From positions 11,047 to 75,046 of IMG/VR virus record IMGVR_UViG_3300046408_000009: a DNA stretch of 64,000 nucleotides. One strand, written 5' to 3'. A program made the position numbers and the translations under genes. The notes beneath the pieces are model-generated. The model saw only the letters and a list, made by a program, of their open reading frames with translations, searched no databases and was not told the origin of the DNA. Shown piece after piece: positions 9,793 through 19,346 of the stretch (position 1 is its first letter; every line of letters begins with the position of its first letter). This DNA comes from a virus (Duplodnaviria > Caudoviricetes).

Positions 9793-10446
9793 CTATGACT
9801 CCTGACCTGGTTGCGATGCTGTGACCGTCATTGACGGGTACTCTACCACAGGCCAACCAGTTGGCGGGTTGCCATTCGAAAGAGGCGTCAGTGGGCCACC
9901 TAATGCACTGGCGAAGTTATCGATAGTGAACGTGAACTCCAGTTCACCAATGGCCAGCGTTCGTTGATCTGCCGGTCGAATAAAGTTTCCGGTGTACTGT
10001 TCTTTGTTCCACGTCACTCCCGATGCGATACCGCCGAGTGAACTTTTTTGCAAAAGAATCTGCCGTACTGCCGCACCATAGAGGCTCGCTAATTTTCGAG
10101 TCGTCTCCGTACCCTGACTGGAAACGGCTACCCCAATGGCTACATCAAGGTCAGCCGTGTATCGACCGTTACCCTGCTTGCGAGGCTTAGACGGAACCCC
10201 CGGCACGACGATGATGCACGTAGGCAACTGCTCCTCAACAAATTCTGAGATATCGAGTGACGACGGGAATGAATTAAAGTCTGGCAATGCCTCCCACTCA
10301 ATCGAAGGATTTTGTTGGTCGTGCCGTGCCATCTCCGCGAGGTAGGTGGCACTCCATGTTTGGATCGTTGTGCGCACGGCGACTAACACATCATTCGTAG
10401 TGACGTATGACCCAAAAGAAATGGCCGGGTCCTGAACAATTGTCAC
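9793..10446 (-). CDS. Tail terminator/completion protein
   Basis: Position before the sheath gene; QLPTCIIVVPG...LYGAAVRQILLQ. Confidence 0.65.
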   Translation of the reverse strand: MTIVQDPAISFGSYVTTNDVLVAVRTTIQTWSATYLAEMARHDQQNPSIEWEALPDFNSFPSSLDISEFVEEQLPTCIIVVPGVPSKPRKQGNGRYTADLDVAIGVAVSSQGTETTRKLASLYGAAVRQILLQKSSLGGIASGVTWNKEQYTGNFIRPADQRTLAIGELEFTFTIDNFASALGGPLTPLSNGNPPTGWPVVEYPSMTVTASQPGQES

Positions 10447-10931
10447 AACACCACCTCACCCTTTTTATCGATGCCACCAATTACCCATGCCTGCAAAACC
10501 TTCACCATAGCGTTCTTTGTCTTTTCGTTAAGTTCTACGGGCTTACGCATTGGCATATTGGTAGTACCTGTTTGGTGGTATTTTCCGTACGGAATGTCGG
10601 ACGAGATTTCCACAAAATCTGGACCAATTTTTTCGTGCGAGAACTCAGCACCCGGAGTGGTCAGTGAGTTCATCATGGCACCGGTTCGCTGCAGCGTCAG
10701 GTTGCTGTGTCCATTGCGTATCTTCTCATCGATGGTGGCTTGCTTATCGGGGACCCAACCGTGTGAGGCCCACGCGCCTTCTGATTCAAATTGACTTTTC
10801 TCTGATGCGTAAAACATCACGGCTATTTCTTTGAATGCCGGAGCCGCGTCAACGGCCCGTTCAGCCACGCGTAGGAGGCTACGTGAAATAGCCTTTTCGC
10901 CAAAAACAGTGAGGTTAATTTCTAATGGCAT
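10443..10931 (-). CDS. Virion morphogenesis protein (Mu gpG / P2 gpS-like)
   Basis: LQRTGAMMNSL...PYGKYHQTGTTNMPMRKPV motif. Confidence 0.8.
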   Translation of the reverse strand: MPLEINLTVFGEKAISRSLLRVAERAVDAAPAFKEIAVMFYASEKSQFESEGAWASHGWVPDKQATIDEKIRNGHSNLTLQRTGAMMNSLTTPGAEFSHEKIGPDFVEISSDIPYGKYHQTGTTNMPMRKPVELNEKTKNAMVKVLQAWVIGGIDKKGEVVL

Positions 10932-11710
10932 CAGAACCTGGGGTAGACCCAGTCCATGATGACTGGAGGTCCGTTGAATGCGCCAAAGGGTGCCATCGAT
11001 TCGTCAGTCGGACGTTCTCCACCGAGACTGACGATGGCGTTCTGCAAACGCTTGAGTTTATCGTCATACTGTTTCTGCAATTGAGGGTACGGGGACCGAC
11101 CAGAGTTGATTTGTTCTGGGTAGTATCCGAGTTCGACGTTGAGTGCAGCCCCAATTGCCGTGAGATTCGCTGCTTGCAAATAGAGACTTGGTGGAACACT
11201 GGCTTCGGGACCGATGGCGTCCTGCACATCGGAAGCCGCTTGGTTGATAAGTCCCATCACGGCGGAGTCCGTGGGGTTCGTGTACGAATTGAACGTACCT
11301 ACTAACTGACCATTTCTAGTATTGGTTCGAGCACGCAGAATTGCACCCACGTCATCGACACCGGGGGACCATGGATAGACCGACCCTCGAATTTCGCTGA
11401 CGTTCTGTTGAATGGTCTTCGTCATCTCCGCTTGACCGACTCCCGTGGATTTCCACGTGATTTCGATATCGCTAATGAACCCAGTGGTGTCAATCTGGAA
11501 CGAGTACTGGATCAGTGTTTCGAGGGGTGTCGTTACGGTTGTTCGATAGATATACCCAAGTCCCGGCGTGGACGCACCCGTGTACGTGAATGGCCCGTAC
11601 GACGCACCATTGGCGACATACGAGAAGGTGACAACGGTAGGGTCGACTGTTGCGCCCGCCGCAGTGAAACTGACTGTGCTAGTTTCCGGCGTCCCCGCTG
11701 TGTATCCCAT
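10931..11710 (-). CDS. Head-tail adaptor with extra N-terminal beta-sandwich domain
   Basis: The C-terminal half is helical and adaptor-like (TNPTDSAVMGLINQAASDV...YYPEQ). The first roughly 105 aa are beta-rich. Confidence 0.6.
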   Translation of the reverse strand: MGYTAGTPETSTVSFTAAGATVDPTVVTFSYVANGASYGPFTYTGASTPGLGYIYRTTVTTPLETLIQYSFQIDTTGFISDIEITWKSTGVGQAEMTKTIQQNVSEIRGSVYPWSPGVDDVGAILRARTNTRNGQLVGTFNSYTNPTDSAVMGLINQAASDVQDAIGPEASVPPSLYLQAANLTAIGAALNVELGYYPEQINSGRSPYPQLQKQYDDKLKRLQNAIVSLGGERPTDESMAPFGAFNGPPVIMDWVYPRF

Positions 11711-11716
11711 GATTTT

Positions 11717-14581
11717 TTACTGTACCACGATGACTGTTGAGTGGCGGTGGACTTCGCTCGCTTGCGTGACTGGAGTGTCTACGCTCACGATTTTGGTCGA
11801 CGGATACTCCACAATAATGGCGGTCGATCCGGAACTCTGAGCACCGGTCACGCTCACATTGAATACGGCGCGAGGAGATGATGAGCCGAGAACAGTTACT
11901 GACCCGTTCACGATCACGGACACGACAGAATTTGCAATGACCGATGACAACACCGTAACCACTCCGCCCGCGCTAACGGTCGTTGTCACCACGGGGGAGG
12001 CAATCCCAAAGAGTGTGAGAGTCCCCGACGTTGAGATCGATGCAATTACTGCAGATATCGCAATAGCGAACCTCGTGTTCACGGCAGTGACGGAGACCGA
12101 CGCTTGAGTGGTAGTTGACACCGCTCCCACAGATGTGATGATTCCGTTAACGGTTACCGACGCAGCGGGTGATACGAGTGCTGCACCCAAGCGGATATCG
12201 ACACCCGTGACTGAGACATTCGCCGTCGATGTCACTGACACCAATCCGATTGCGGACGCAACGGCGGTCGTTGCCACGGTCACGAGTCCGGTGGGTGAAG
12301 AGACACTGAGAAAAGACGCGGTCCCCGTAGTTGATACGGATGAGATTAAAGAAGGACTGACAACGCCAAATTTTGTTAGCACCCCAGGGACGTTGATAGT
12401 CACTGCTCCACTGGAGGAGACAACACCAAAGATTGTCAGCGTCCCACTGACGGACACTCCAGTGGTCGCGGTCACCGACGCTGATCTGAAAAGGGTGAGA
12501 ACTCCGTTGACCGTCACGGACGTGAGGGATGCTGGAGATGCAACGCCGAATCGAGTAACCACGCCGTTTGTTGATACTGAGGAAACAGCAGTGACACTCG
12601 AACTGCCAAGGACCGACACCACCCCCGCGATGACGACGGAACTTGTGCCGGTGGGGGACACGGTGCCAAGTACCGTTCCCTGTGGCGATGCCGATATGGA
12701 CACTTGAGCAGTGGGTGCACTGACACCAAAGATCGTGAGGATACCGTTTGTGGTGACAGACGCTGCAGCGGATACGGCTACGGACTTGAGAAGAGTAAGT
12801 GTCCCCGAAACGCTCACGGATGCCGTTGACGCTGGTGCTGCAGAACCGTTAGCCGACGCGAGTCCATTAGTGCTGATGGATGACACTGCCGTGCTCGATG
12901 CTGAACCTACCGAGACCACCGTGCCCGTCGATGAGATGGATGATATTGCAGTTACGGATGCTGATCCGTTCGCAATAACCACTCCGCCCGCCGTCACGCT
13001 AGTCAGTGATGACGGTGCCACGACAGCGAATCGAGTGACGATCCCCGCCGCGCTCACCGCAGCATTTGCAGAGGGGGACGAAATTGCAAATATGGTGACC
13101 ACACCCGGTACGCTGACTGACGTCACCGCTGCGGGACTCGCCACACCTAACAACGTCAAGATTGCCGTGACGTTCACGTTGACGGTTGCTGCCGGGGACA
13201 CTACACCCAGTCGGGTCACGATCCCGTTCGTCGTAATGTTCGTCGTGCTAGTAGGCGCAGCGGTCCCAAGGACCGACACGACGCCTGATACCGACGACGA
13301 GGCAATCGCCGCTGGAGACACCGCCCCGAATCGTGTAACGATCCCATCGGTAGAGATCGACGTCAATGCTGCCGGTGAAACAGTGCCGAGAACGCTAACA
13401 ACACCTGACGTCAATACCGACGCCAGTGCCGTTGGTGCACCCGAACCGAGAATCGCGGCTGCCCCGGTTGCAGAAATTGATGCGACTGATGATGGTGCAG
13501 CAACCCCAAAGATAGTGGCAACCCCCGCAACACTTATGGAGGCTACCGATGTCGGAGAAGCGACACCCAATTGAGTGACAATCCCCGTGACCGAAATGGA
13601 CGACACTGCTGTCGGTGACGAGACTCCTAATTTCGTCACGATGCCAGCCGTAGAGATAGAAGCCACCGCCGCTGGTGCACCCGCGCCCACGACCGTCACA
13701 ACTCCGGAGACGACTACGGATGCCGCTGGTGTCGGTGACGCCACTCCCAACTGAGTATCAATCCCTGTTGTCGTGACCGATGATTGTGCCGTAGGAGATA
13801 CGATGCCAAAAGATGTGACGACTGCGCCGACACCTACGGATGCAACTGCCGCAGGGGATGCAATACCGGTTGAGTTAATATTGAGGGGTGCACCCCACTG
13901 AGTAGTGCCCCATTCTTGTGATCCCCAACCGACGAGAGATGAGACCGGTGGCACAGCCTGGACAATGATGCCAGTCGATGTTGATGTTCCGGCCACTGAT
14001 TGCACACCGGTTGGTTGATACGACGTGCTGGCAGAAAGCGTTCCATCGAACACGGCCATGTTGCCGTTAGCGTTTACCGTGGAGTACGTGAACCCCGTGG
14101 TGGAACCCGCAGAAGCCGTGTTTGCAACTACCGTCATGCCCCAGTACGACTGATCGTTCCCCGTGGTGGATGTGAGATTAGGGAAGGTCACCGTTGACGA
14201 AGATGCATTTGTGATCATGCCACCAGTGACAATTGACCACGACGCCGGAGTACCGCCGCTCCACACCAACTCCGTTGACCAAATCTCGTTGCTGACACCC
14301 GTGGTCCCGCTGTATGTGACCGTGATCGTTTGACTACCGATTGCCGTTACGGGACCCGACCACGTCGTCAGGTAGTGCGCATTGCCAACGCCAGTGGACA
14401 GAACGTTTTGCGTCCAGAGTGTTACTCCACCGCCCGACACTCCGGTGACGGTGAATGACGCGGAAGATATTTTGATTGATACGACACGCAGGTCACCAAT
14501 GGTGATATTGGTGACGGCGAGGGTGGCTAGGTTCGTGCCAAAATTATTTGCAAAGGCTCCAGCGGCCTGTTGGACTGGCAT
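11717..14581 (-). CDS. 954-aa fibre/whisker-like protein with 34 x 20-aa repeats
   Basis: N-terminal beta domain, then WGxxxWGxxxWG, then ungapped 20-aa repeats (GVASPTAVASISVTGIVTxL type) at 13867-11828. Confidence 0.75.
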   Translation of the reverse strand: MPVQQAAGAFANNFGTNLATLAVTNITIGDLRVVSIKISSASFTVTGVSGGGVTLWTQNVLSTGVGNAHYLTTWSGPVTAIGSQTITVTYSGTTGVSNEIWSTELVWSGGTPASWSIVTGGMITNASSSTVTFPNLTSTTGNDQSYWGMTVVANTASAGSTTGFTYSTVNANGNMAVFDGTLSASTSYQPTGVQSVAGTSTSTGIIVQAVPPVSSLVGWGSQEWGTTQWGAPLNINSTGIASPAAVASVGVGAVVTSFGIVSPTAQSSVTTTGIDTQLGVASPTPAASVVVSGVVTVVGAGAPAAVASISTAGIVTKLGVSSPTAVSSISVTGIVTQLGVASPTSVASISVAGVATIFGVAAPSSVASISATGAAAILGSGAPTALASVLTSGVVSVLGTVSPAALTSISTDGIVTRFGAVSPAAIASSSVSGVVSVLGTAAPTSTTNITTNGIVTRLGVVSPAATVNVNVTAILTLLGVASPAAVTSVSVPGVVTIFAISSPSANAAVSAAGIVTRFAVVAPSSLTSVTAGGVVIANGSASVTAISSISSTGTVVSVGSASSTAVSSISTNGLASANGSAAPASTASVSVSGTLTLLKSVAVSAAASVTTNGILTIFGVSAPTAQVSISASPQGTVLGTVSPTGTSSVVIAGVVSVLGSSSVTAVSSVSTNGVVTRFGVASPASLTSVTVNGVLTLFRSASVTATTGVSVSGTLTIFGVVSSSGAVTINVPGVLTKFGVVSPSLISSVSTTGTASFLSVSSPTGLVTVATTAVASAIGLVSVTSTANVSVTGVDIRLGAALVSPAASVTVNGIITSVGAVSTTTQASVSVTAVNTRFAIAISAVIASISTSGTLTLFGIASPVVTTTVSAGGVVTVLSSVIANSVVSVIVNGSVTVLGSSSPRAVFNVSVTGAQSSGSTAIIVEYPSTKIVSVDTPVTQASEVHRHSTVIVVQ

Positions 14582-14584
14582 AAC

Positions 14585-16594
14585 TTACGCCAGTCGTTCT
14601 GCAGAGCACCACGCATTCATAACCGCTGACGCACCCGGCGTAATATCAACATGCAAATACGGCTGTGCAGCGGTTGAGTTGAACGTCGCCGTGGTACCCG
14701 GAACACCGGGAAGTGAACCGAGTCCCGTCACCGAGGTGAGTTGGTTTTGATAGAAGGCTAGACAGTTCGCGGTCGCCGTTGCACCAGTGGTTAGTACATT
14801 CACAACGATTACGAGCGTGGCTTGGTCCGCTGCCGCCGTGTTCGTCCCACTCGTAAATGTGGCAATCGTGGCGTCCGCCGTTGTCCCAGCGGTACCGAAC
14901 TTCACGTCGGCTTTCCACGTCGCTACTCCCGCAGCAGTCTTCGCGATACCGATCTCGAAACGAAATCGAGTGAGGGTGGAAATTTCACCAGTCGCCAATC
15001 GGAACAATGATCCCGATACAATATTTGCAGAACTCGCCGTCATGGTGGCTGCTTGCTGGGTCGCGGTGGCCGGGGTTCCGATCCCCACCTCAGTGATCGC
15101 TGCCCACGTGCCCGGTGATCCGGCAGTAGTGCACACCCAGAAGTTGCCCGACGTATCCACCACCCAGTCGCCTAAGGCGTAGGTTCCCGTCGTTGGAGGC
15201 CCACCGGTCGTACCACCCACGTAGCGGGTCACCGTGGTGGCACCAGTTAAACCCGTGGGTTCGAAGAGGGTCGCGAGCATTGGGCCACCCTCAACGAACG
15301 GTGTGTTGTAGATCGCCCCCGTGCCCGTGCCAAAGTTGTAATCGGTCACCCACATCTGATTGTCGGGACCTACGCAAATCCCCACGCCGTCAAAGATGGA
15401 AGCGTTTTGGTACAACGTCTGCGCGTATGTTTGAACGTCGATGGCGATCATTCCAGCACCACCGGACGCAAAGTACATAGCGACCCACATGCGACCATCC
15501 GGTCCCGGCGTTGCCCGGTTGGGAGTGGAACTCGCAGTCAGGGTGATGGTTTTGATGATCACACCGGTTAGCGGATCGATGACGTACATGGTGTTGACGT
15601 TGTTGCCATTGGCCCATAGGTAGCCGTCAGGTCCCGTAGTGATATTGACCAGGGTGGTGCTCGACAAACCGAAGTACGTAACGTTGCCCGTGATTGGGTT
15701 GTACCGATAGAGACCACCTGGTGCACCGCTGGCAACCGCCCAAATATTGTTGTCGGACCCCACGCACAACTGACTCAGAACCGCGCCAGTAAATCCCGTG
15801 TTGATCTGTGTCGCCGCGCCCGTCGAGAGCGTGATTTTCCAGAGTCCGTTGCCTGATGTGCTGTCACAGGCGTACGCGAATCCATCGGGACCCATGCAAA
15901 TGTCGTGACACACCGCACCCGCAATGGTGTACTGGGTGGGCACTCCGGCGTAAGTGACTTTCCACACACCCGCGCCCGTAGTGCCATCCGACGCCCACAT
16001 GTTGCCGTCAGAACCCGCAATGAGGTTCGTGATCTGAGCACTGGTCATGGCGTAGTTCGTTACCACCCCAGCGGGTGTGACCTTGCCAACGCCAAGTCCA
16101 CTGTGCGCGTCACCAAACCACAAGTTCCCGTCGCGCATGACTGAGATACAACTGGGTGCAGAACTCGCTTGGGTCGTGACCTTGGTCCACGTCGTGCCAG
16201 GGAGGGACAAACTGTTGGACGGCGGCATGACCTGCAGCAAACCAGACGGTTGAGCAATCGGTTGACGAGTCGTCTTGAAAATCTCTTCGAGAATGAGAGA
16301 TCGAATACTGCCCACCGTGGGCATGACCTTGATTGTCGACCCTGAACCAAACGTATAGGCAGTCTGCACTCCGTTATATGGCTCTACTGCACGGGCACCA
16401 AACGTCACGGTTGATCCCGACAGACTTGCCACCAGTGCGATCTCGTAGTTCGTTCCGTCAGACAACAGCACTCGATACTGACTGTTCGGAAATCCCGTGT
16501 TCGAGGTCAGTACGCAGGTTGACTGTGTGGTCGACGTGATATAGGGGGAAGCAATGGTTGTCCCGACACCATTAACTGGTGCTTCAATAGCCAT
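14585..16594 (-). CDS. Virion appendage protein with Vgb-like beta-propeller
   Basis: Repeated IxxGPDGxxW blades; GTYALGDWVVDTSGNFWVCTTAGSPGTW fibre motif; C-terminal jelly-roll-like region. Confidence 0.7.
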   Translation of the reverse strand: MAIEAPVNGVGTTIASPYITSTTQSTCVLTSNTGFPNSQYRVLLSDGTNYEIALVASLSGSTVTFGARAVEPYNGVQTAYTFGSGSTIKVMPTVGSIRSLILEEIFKTTRQPIAQPSGLLQVMPPSNSLSLPGTTWTKVTTQASSAPSCISVMRDGNLWFGDAHSGLGVGKVTPAGVVTNYAMTSAQITNLIAGSDGNMWASDGTTGAGVWKVTYAGVPTQYTIAGAVCHDICMGPDGFAYACDSTSGNGLWKITLSTGAATQINTGFTGAVLSQLCVGSDNNIWAVASGAPGGLYRYNPITGNVTYFGLSSTTLVNITTGPDGYLWANGNNVNTMYVIDPLTGVIIKTITLTASSTPNRATPGPDGRMWVAMYFASGGAGMIAIDVQTYAQTLYQNASIFDGVGICVGPDNQMWVTDYNFGTGTGAIYNTPFVEGGPMLATLFEPTGLTGATTVTRYVGGTTGGPPTTGTYALGDWVVDTSGNFWVCTTAGSPGTWAAITEVGIGTPATATQQAATMTASSANIVSGSLFRLATGEISTLTRFRFEIGIAKTAAGVATWKADVKFGTAGTTADATIATFTSGTNTAAADQATLVIVVNVLTTGATATANCLAFYQNQLTSVTGLGSLPGVPGTTATFNSTAAQPYLHVDITPGASAVMNAWCSAERLA

Positions 16595-16607
16595 GGCTAT
16601 ACCTCAA

Positions 16608-17807
16608 TCACACCGGGACGAATGCGGCGAATTGCTCCAGTTGAAACTTGATTGGGTTGGCGGCAGTGACGTTCGAGTCATTCGGCGTCGTGCCACTCTC
16701 AGTCTGCGATTGGAACGAGTAGAACATCGGGTGCACATCCGAGTGCGGATCGTTGGGGTCGGCACTCACGAGGGGTAATGTCGCAACGCGCGTGGTGACA
16801 CCCTTAACGGTGAGATCGGTGGTGATGCCGTTGAGCGTCCAGGTGTGCACCCACAGGCCCCAGTCCGTGAGGTCTAGCCCGGACTTCTGCGCCTGAATCT
16901 GTTGGTTCGCCGCGCCCGCGTGGACCGACTCCGTATTAGATGTGGCTGTCGTGGTCTCTTCAATGTCGTCTTCCGGTGGCCACGTATCGCCCATCAGCAA
17001 CTGAATCATGAACCACAGCGGGTACGTGTCCTTGCGTACGACTGACCAAAACTGCGTGCCGATGGGGTAACGCGTCTGCGTCTGGATGCCACCACCGGCC
17101 CAGTTGTTTGCACCGGGGTCATTAGCGTTGGGGTCCTGATACACCTCAATCGTCAGAACCCCGTTGATCACCTTGCAGTGTGTCGCCATGAATCGTCCGC
17201 CACCGGGGTTCGAACCGCCGTCGTACGGTGTGGTCCAGAAGGAAGTATCGAGTCCGCCCTTGAAGTCGGTGCCGTGCTTGGTGAATCCGGCGAGCGATGC
17301 GGGAATGATTAGCCCGCTCGCGTACGTCGATGGCGGAGACGTGACCGGTGGGGTAGTAACGGGCGGAGTCGTCACGGGAGGTGTTGCCACAGGAGGTGTG
17401 CCGGTCATTACGACCGTAGCGTGCAGCAGAGTGCCACCAGGTTCCGTTGCAGTCAACACGTAGGTATCACCGGGTATCAGATTGTTGAACGTGAAACTAC
17501 CGACCGTTGGTTGTCCCGTCAGTACACCAGTGTCCCACGCACCGCCGCCCGACGAATCCACACCGTCGCGTCCGATCTTGGTCGGGGAGAACCCGGACCA
17601 GTTGACGAGGACTTGGTTGGTACCCACCTGGGTCGCCGTAAATGTGGTGCTAGGTGGTACTGGAGGTGTCACCACGGGGTTGATGTTCGTGGCCCAATCA
17701 GCCGGTGCATACTCAGTCGGAATTGTGAGCGAGTACACGGTGTGTCCGTTGGTGCGTGCCACTGCTGCTTGTGCGGCAGTGACGGGAACGAGTGGAGTAT
17801 TCGCCAT
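16608..17807 (-). CDS. FN3-like + Pro/Thr linker + GH16-like glycoside hydrolase
   Basis: WPPEDDIEE matches the GH16 ExDxxE catalytic motif; (PPVTT)n linker; FN3-like VNWSG...FNNLIPGDTYVLTA. Confidence 0.65.
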   Translation of the reverse strand: MANTPLVPVTAAQAAVARTNGHTVYSLTIPTEYAPADWATNINPVVTPPVPPSTTFTATQVGTNQVLVNWSGFSPTKIGRDGVDSSGGGAWDTGVLTGQPTVGSFTFNNLIPGDTYVLTATEPGGTLLHATVVMTGTPPVATPPVTTPPVTTPPVTSPPSTYASGLIIPASLAGFTKHGTDFKGGLDTSFWTTPYDGGSNPGGGRFMATHCKVINGVLTIEVYQDPNANDPGANNWAGGGIQTQTRYPIGTQFWSVVRKDTYPLWFMIQLLMGDTWPPEDDIEETTTATSNTESVHAGAANQQIQAQKSGLDLTDWGLWVHTWTLNGITTDLTVKGVTTRVATLPLVSADPNDPHSDVHPMFYSFQSQTESGTTPNDSNVTAANPIKFQLEQFAAFVPV

Positions 17808-17809
17808 GG

Positions 17810-18223
17810 TTATGCCAGCGAGTTAGTGAGACTCGCACTCGCAACGGTGAATGTGTTACCTGACGCAACCACGATTGATCCTGACGACCATGGTGCCCAG
17901 AACAGTCGCAGAGGAGTGGCTGACGTGTCCCACTCCTCCATGCCGGTCAATGTGGTCGACGGCATGTTGGTCCACGACACGGCGGCGTTCGTGGCGACTG
18001 ATCCCGCCGACGCAGCGGCAAAACTCAATGATGCGCCACCGGCTGTGTAGCCACCGGAGGTGGTCAATTCGGTTCCGGTCGCGGCGTCAGTGCCGTTGAC
18101 CGTGAAGAGACGCATGTGAATTGGTCCCGTGATGGTCTTGGTACCCACCGTCGCGGTTGACGAGTTGATAGCGAGTGCGGCAAGGATCGCCGTCGCCATT
18201 GTCTGATCGATTCCACCAGCCAT
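17810..18223 (-). CDS. Small structural/fibre-associated protein
   Basis: MRLFTVNGTDAATGTEL..GGY...SFAAASAGSVATNAAVSWTNMP: a recurrent phage structural family (from recall). Confidence 0.6.
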   Translation of the reverse strand: MAGGIDQTMATAILAALAINSSTATVGTKTITGPIHMRLFTVNGTDAATGTELTTSGGYTAGGASLSFAAASAGSVATNAAVSWTNMPSTTLTGMEEWDTSATPLRLFWAPWSSGSIVVASGNTFTVASASLTNSLA

Positions 18224-18225
18224 GA

Positions 18226-18552
18226 CTAAACCGTCCCTTCAATGATGCGAGCGCGAAGTGCGTCACCCTTAATGCCCTGAGCACAGAGTGCAGCGATCCG
18301 CGCGTGGTAATCGCCATTGGCCGCAGCGTGCCACGGTGTCGGGCAATCGAAGTGGTAGTGAATCACTCCGTCACGGTCATGGTCATGGTCGTGGAACATT
18401 TGACCATCGGTGGCCGGGTTGTTGTACCCGACGAGAACCATGTGCTTTGGCTCGTTGTCCGTCACACCACAGATTCCGCACCGGGATTCCGGTTCAGCGT
18501 CAGCCACGACTGGTGTGCTCGTAACTTCCGCGCCTGGTTCGATCACACTCAT
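18226..18552 (-). CDS. Small Cys/His protein (CxxC...H...HxDC)
   Basis: RCGICGVTDNEPKH...HYHFDC; co-transcribed with the structural genes. Confidence 0.6.
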   Translation of the reverse strand: MSVIEPGAEVTSTPVVADAEPESRCGICGVTDNEPKHMVLVGYNNPATDGQMFHDHDHDRDGVIHYHFDCPTPWHAAANGDYHARIAALCAQGIKGDALRARIIEGTV

Positions 18553-18561
18553 GGATGCTCC

Positions 18562-19323
18562 TTAGTTGGTGAAGCCACTGGCGGCGCGAACAGCCTTCAC
18601 GACTTCCGCGCGGGGTGATCCTTCGGTGTGCACGGTCTCTGCTTCGAGAATCGCTGCGGCCTGCTCCGGGTGCGCACCAACGTAGTTGGCGACATCCTGA
18701 CCGGTCCCCTGGACAAGAACGGCGTGGTCGACCGGTGGCAAACCATCCGGGTTCCCATTCGCGTCCTTGAGTCCCGTGTTGGGTTCGCCACCTTGCACAC
18801 CCGCACCACCTGCAGGAGGCTCAGTGCTCGCGCCAGCCGGGTTCAGTGACGTCACAATGATGTCGCTGTCGTCCGAGTCGCCGGATGTGTCAGTGGTGTC
18901 GTGGCCACTTACCGCACCACTACCCAGCATGATCTCGTCCGTCTTGAGTCCACCCCGTTGGATGGCCAGACGAATGTCATTGAGGTGCTGGTCCTCGTAC
19001 GCACGAGCGGCCTTGACACTCGTCAAAGCACCCTCCACGCGAGGGGCCAACTCCGGACGTGTGGCAATCAGTGCTCGAACTTCCGACGCGTTGGCATTGG
19101 AAATCCAGCCAAGAATCTCTTCGTCGCTAGGAGAAGTCGGAAGGTCCTGCAAAATGCCAGGGTGCTCCACCTCTTCGTCGGGACCGATGATTGCGAAGTG
19201 ATTCTTCAACCGCTCCGCCTCATTGTCCGGAATTTCCACCACCTGATTACGGAAACCCTGTCCGGGTGTTCCATCCTCGTGTGTCCATGCGGCAATTGCG
19301 TGTCGAATCTTGTAAAGCGCCAT
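18562..19323 (-). CDS. Post-capsid head protein with two short helical repeats
   Basis: Start reassigned to ATG 19323 (MALYKIRH; SD aaagga). Two similar helical units. Confidence 0.6.
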   Translation of the reverse strand: MALYKIRHAIAAWTHEDGTPGQGFRNQVVEIPDNEAERLKNHFAIIGPDEEVEHPGILQDLPTSPSDEEILGWISNANASEVRALIATRPELAPRVEGALTSVKAARAYEDQHLNDIRLAIQRGGLKTDEIMLGSGAVSGHDTTDTSGDSDDSDIIVTSLNPAGASTEPPAGGAGVQGGEPNTGLKDANGNPDGLPPVDHAVLVQGTGQDVANYVGAHPEQAAAILEAETVHTEGSPRAEVVKAVRAASGFTN

Positions 19324-19346
19324 GTCTCTTCGTCCTTTTCTCCGGG

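Noticed and set aside
1-10446. Tailocin/eCIS interpretation of the sheath-tube-baseplate block
   Set aside because: Portal, terminase, protease, capsid and replication genes are contiguous, so this is a complete phage.
11859-13574. Long plus-strand ORFs (up to 287 aa) opposite the repeat protein
   Set aside because: These are antisense shadows of the repetitive minus-strand gene, with no start signals.
14585-16594. Streptogramin resistance gene (vgb)
   Set aside because: The propeller is embedded in a 669-aa fibre-like structural protein; the similarity is to the repeat fold only.
11717-17807. Diversity-generating retroelement acting on the fibre genes
   Set aside because: No reverse transcriptase, and I saw no TR/VR pair differing at adenines (by-eye check only).
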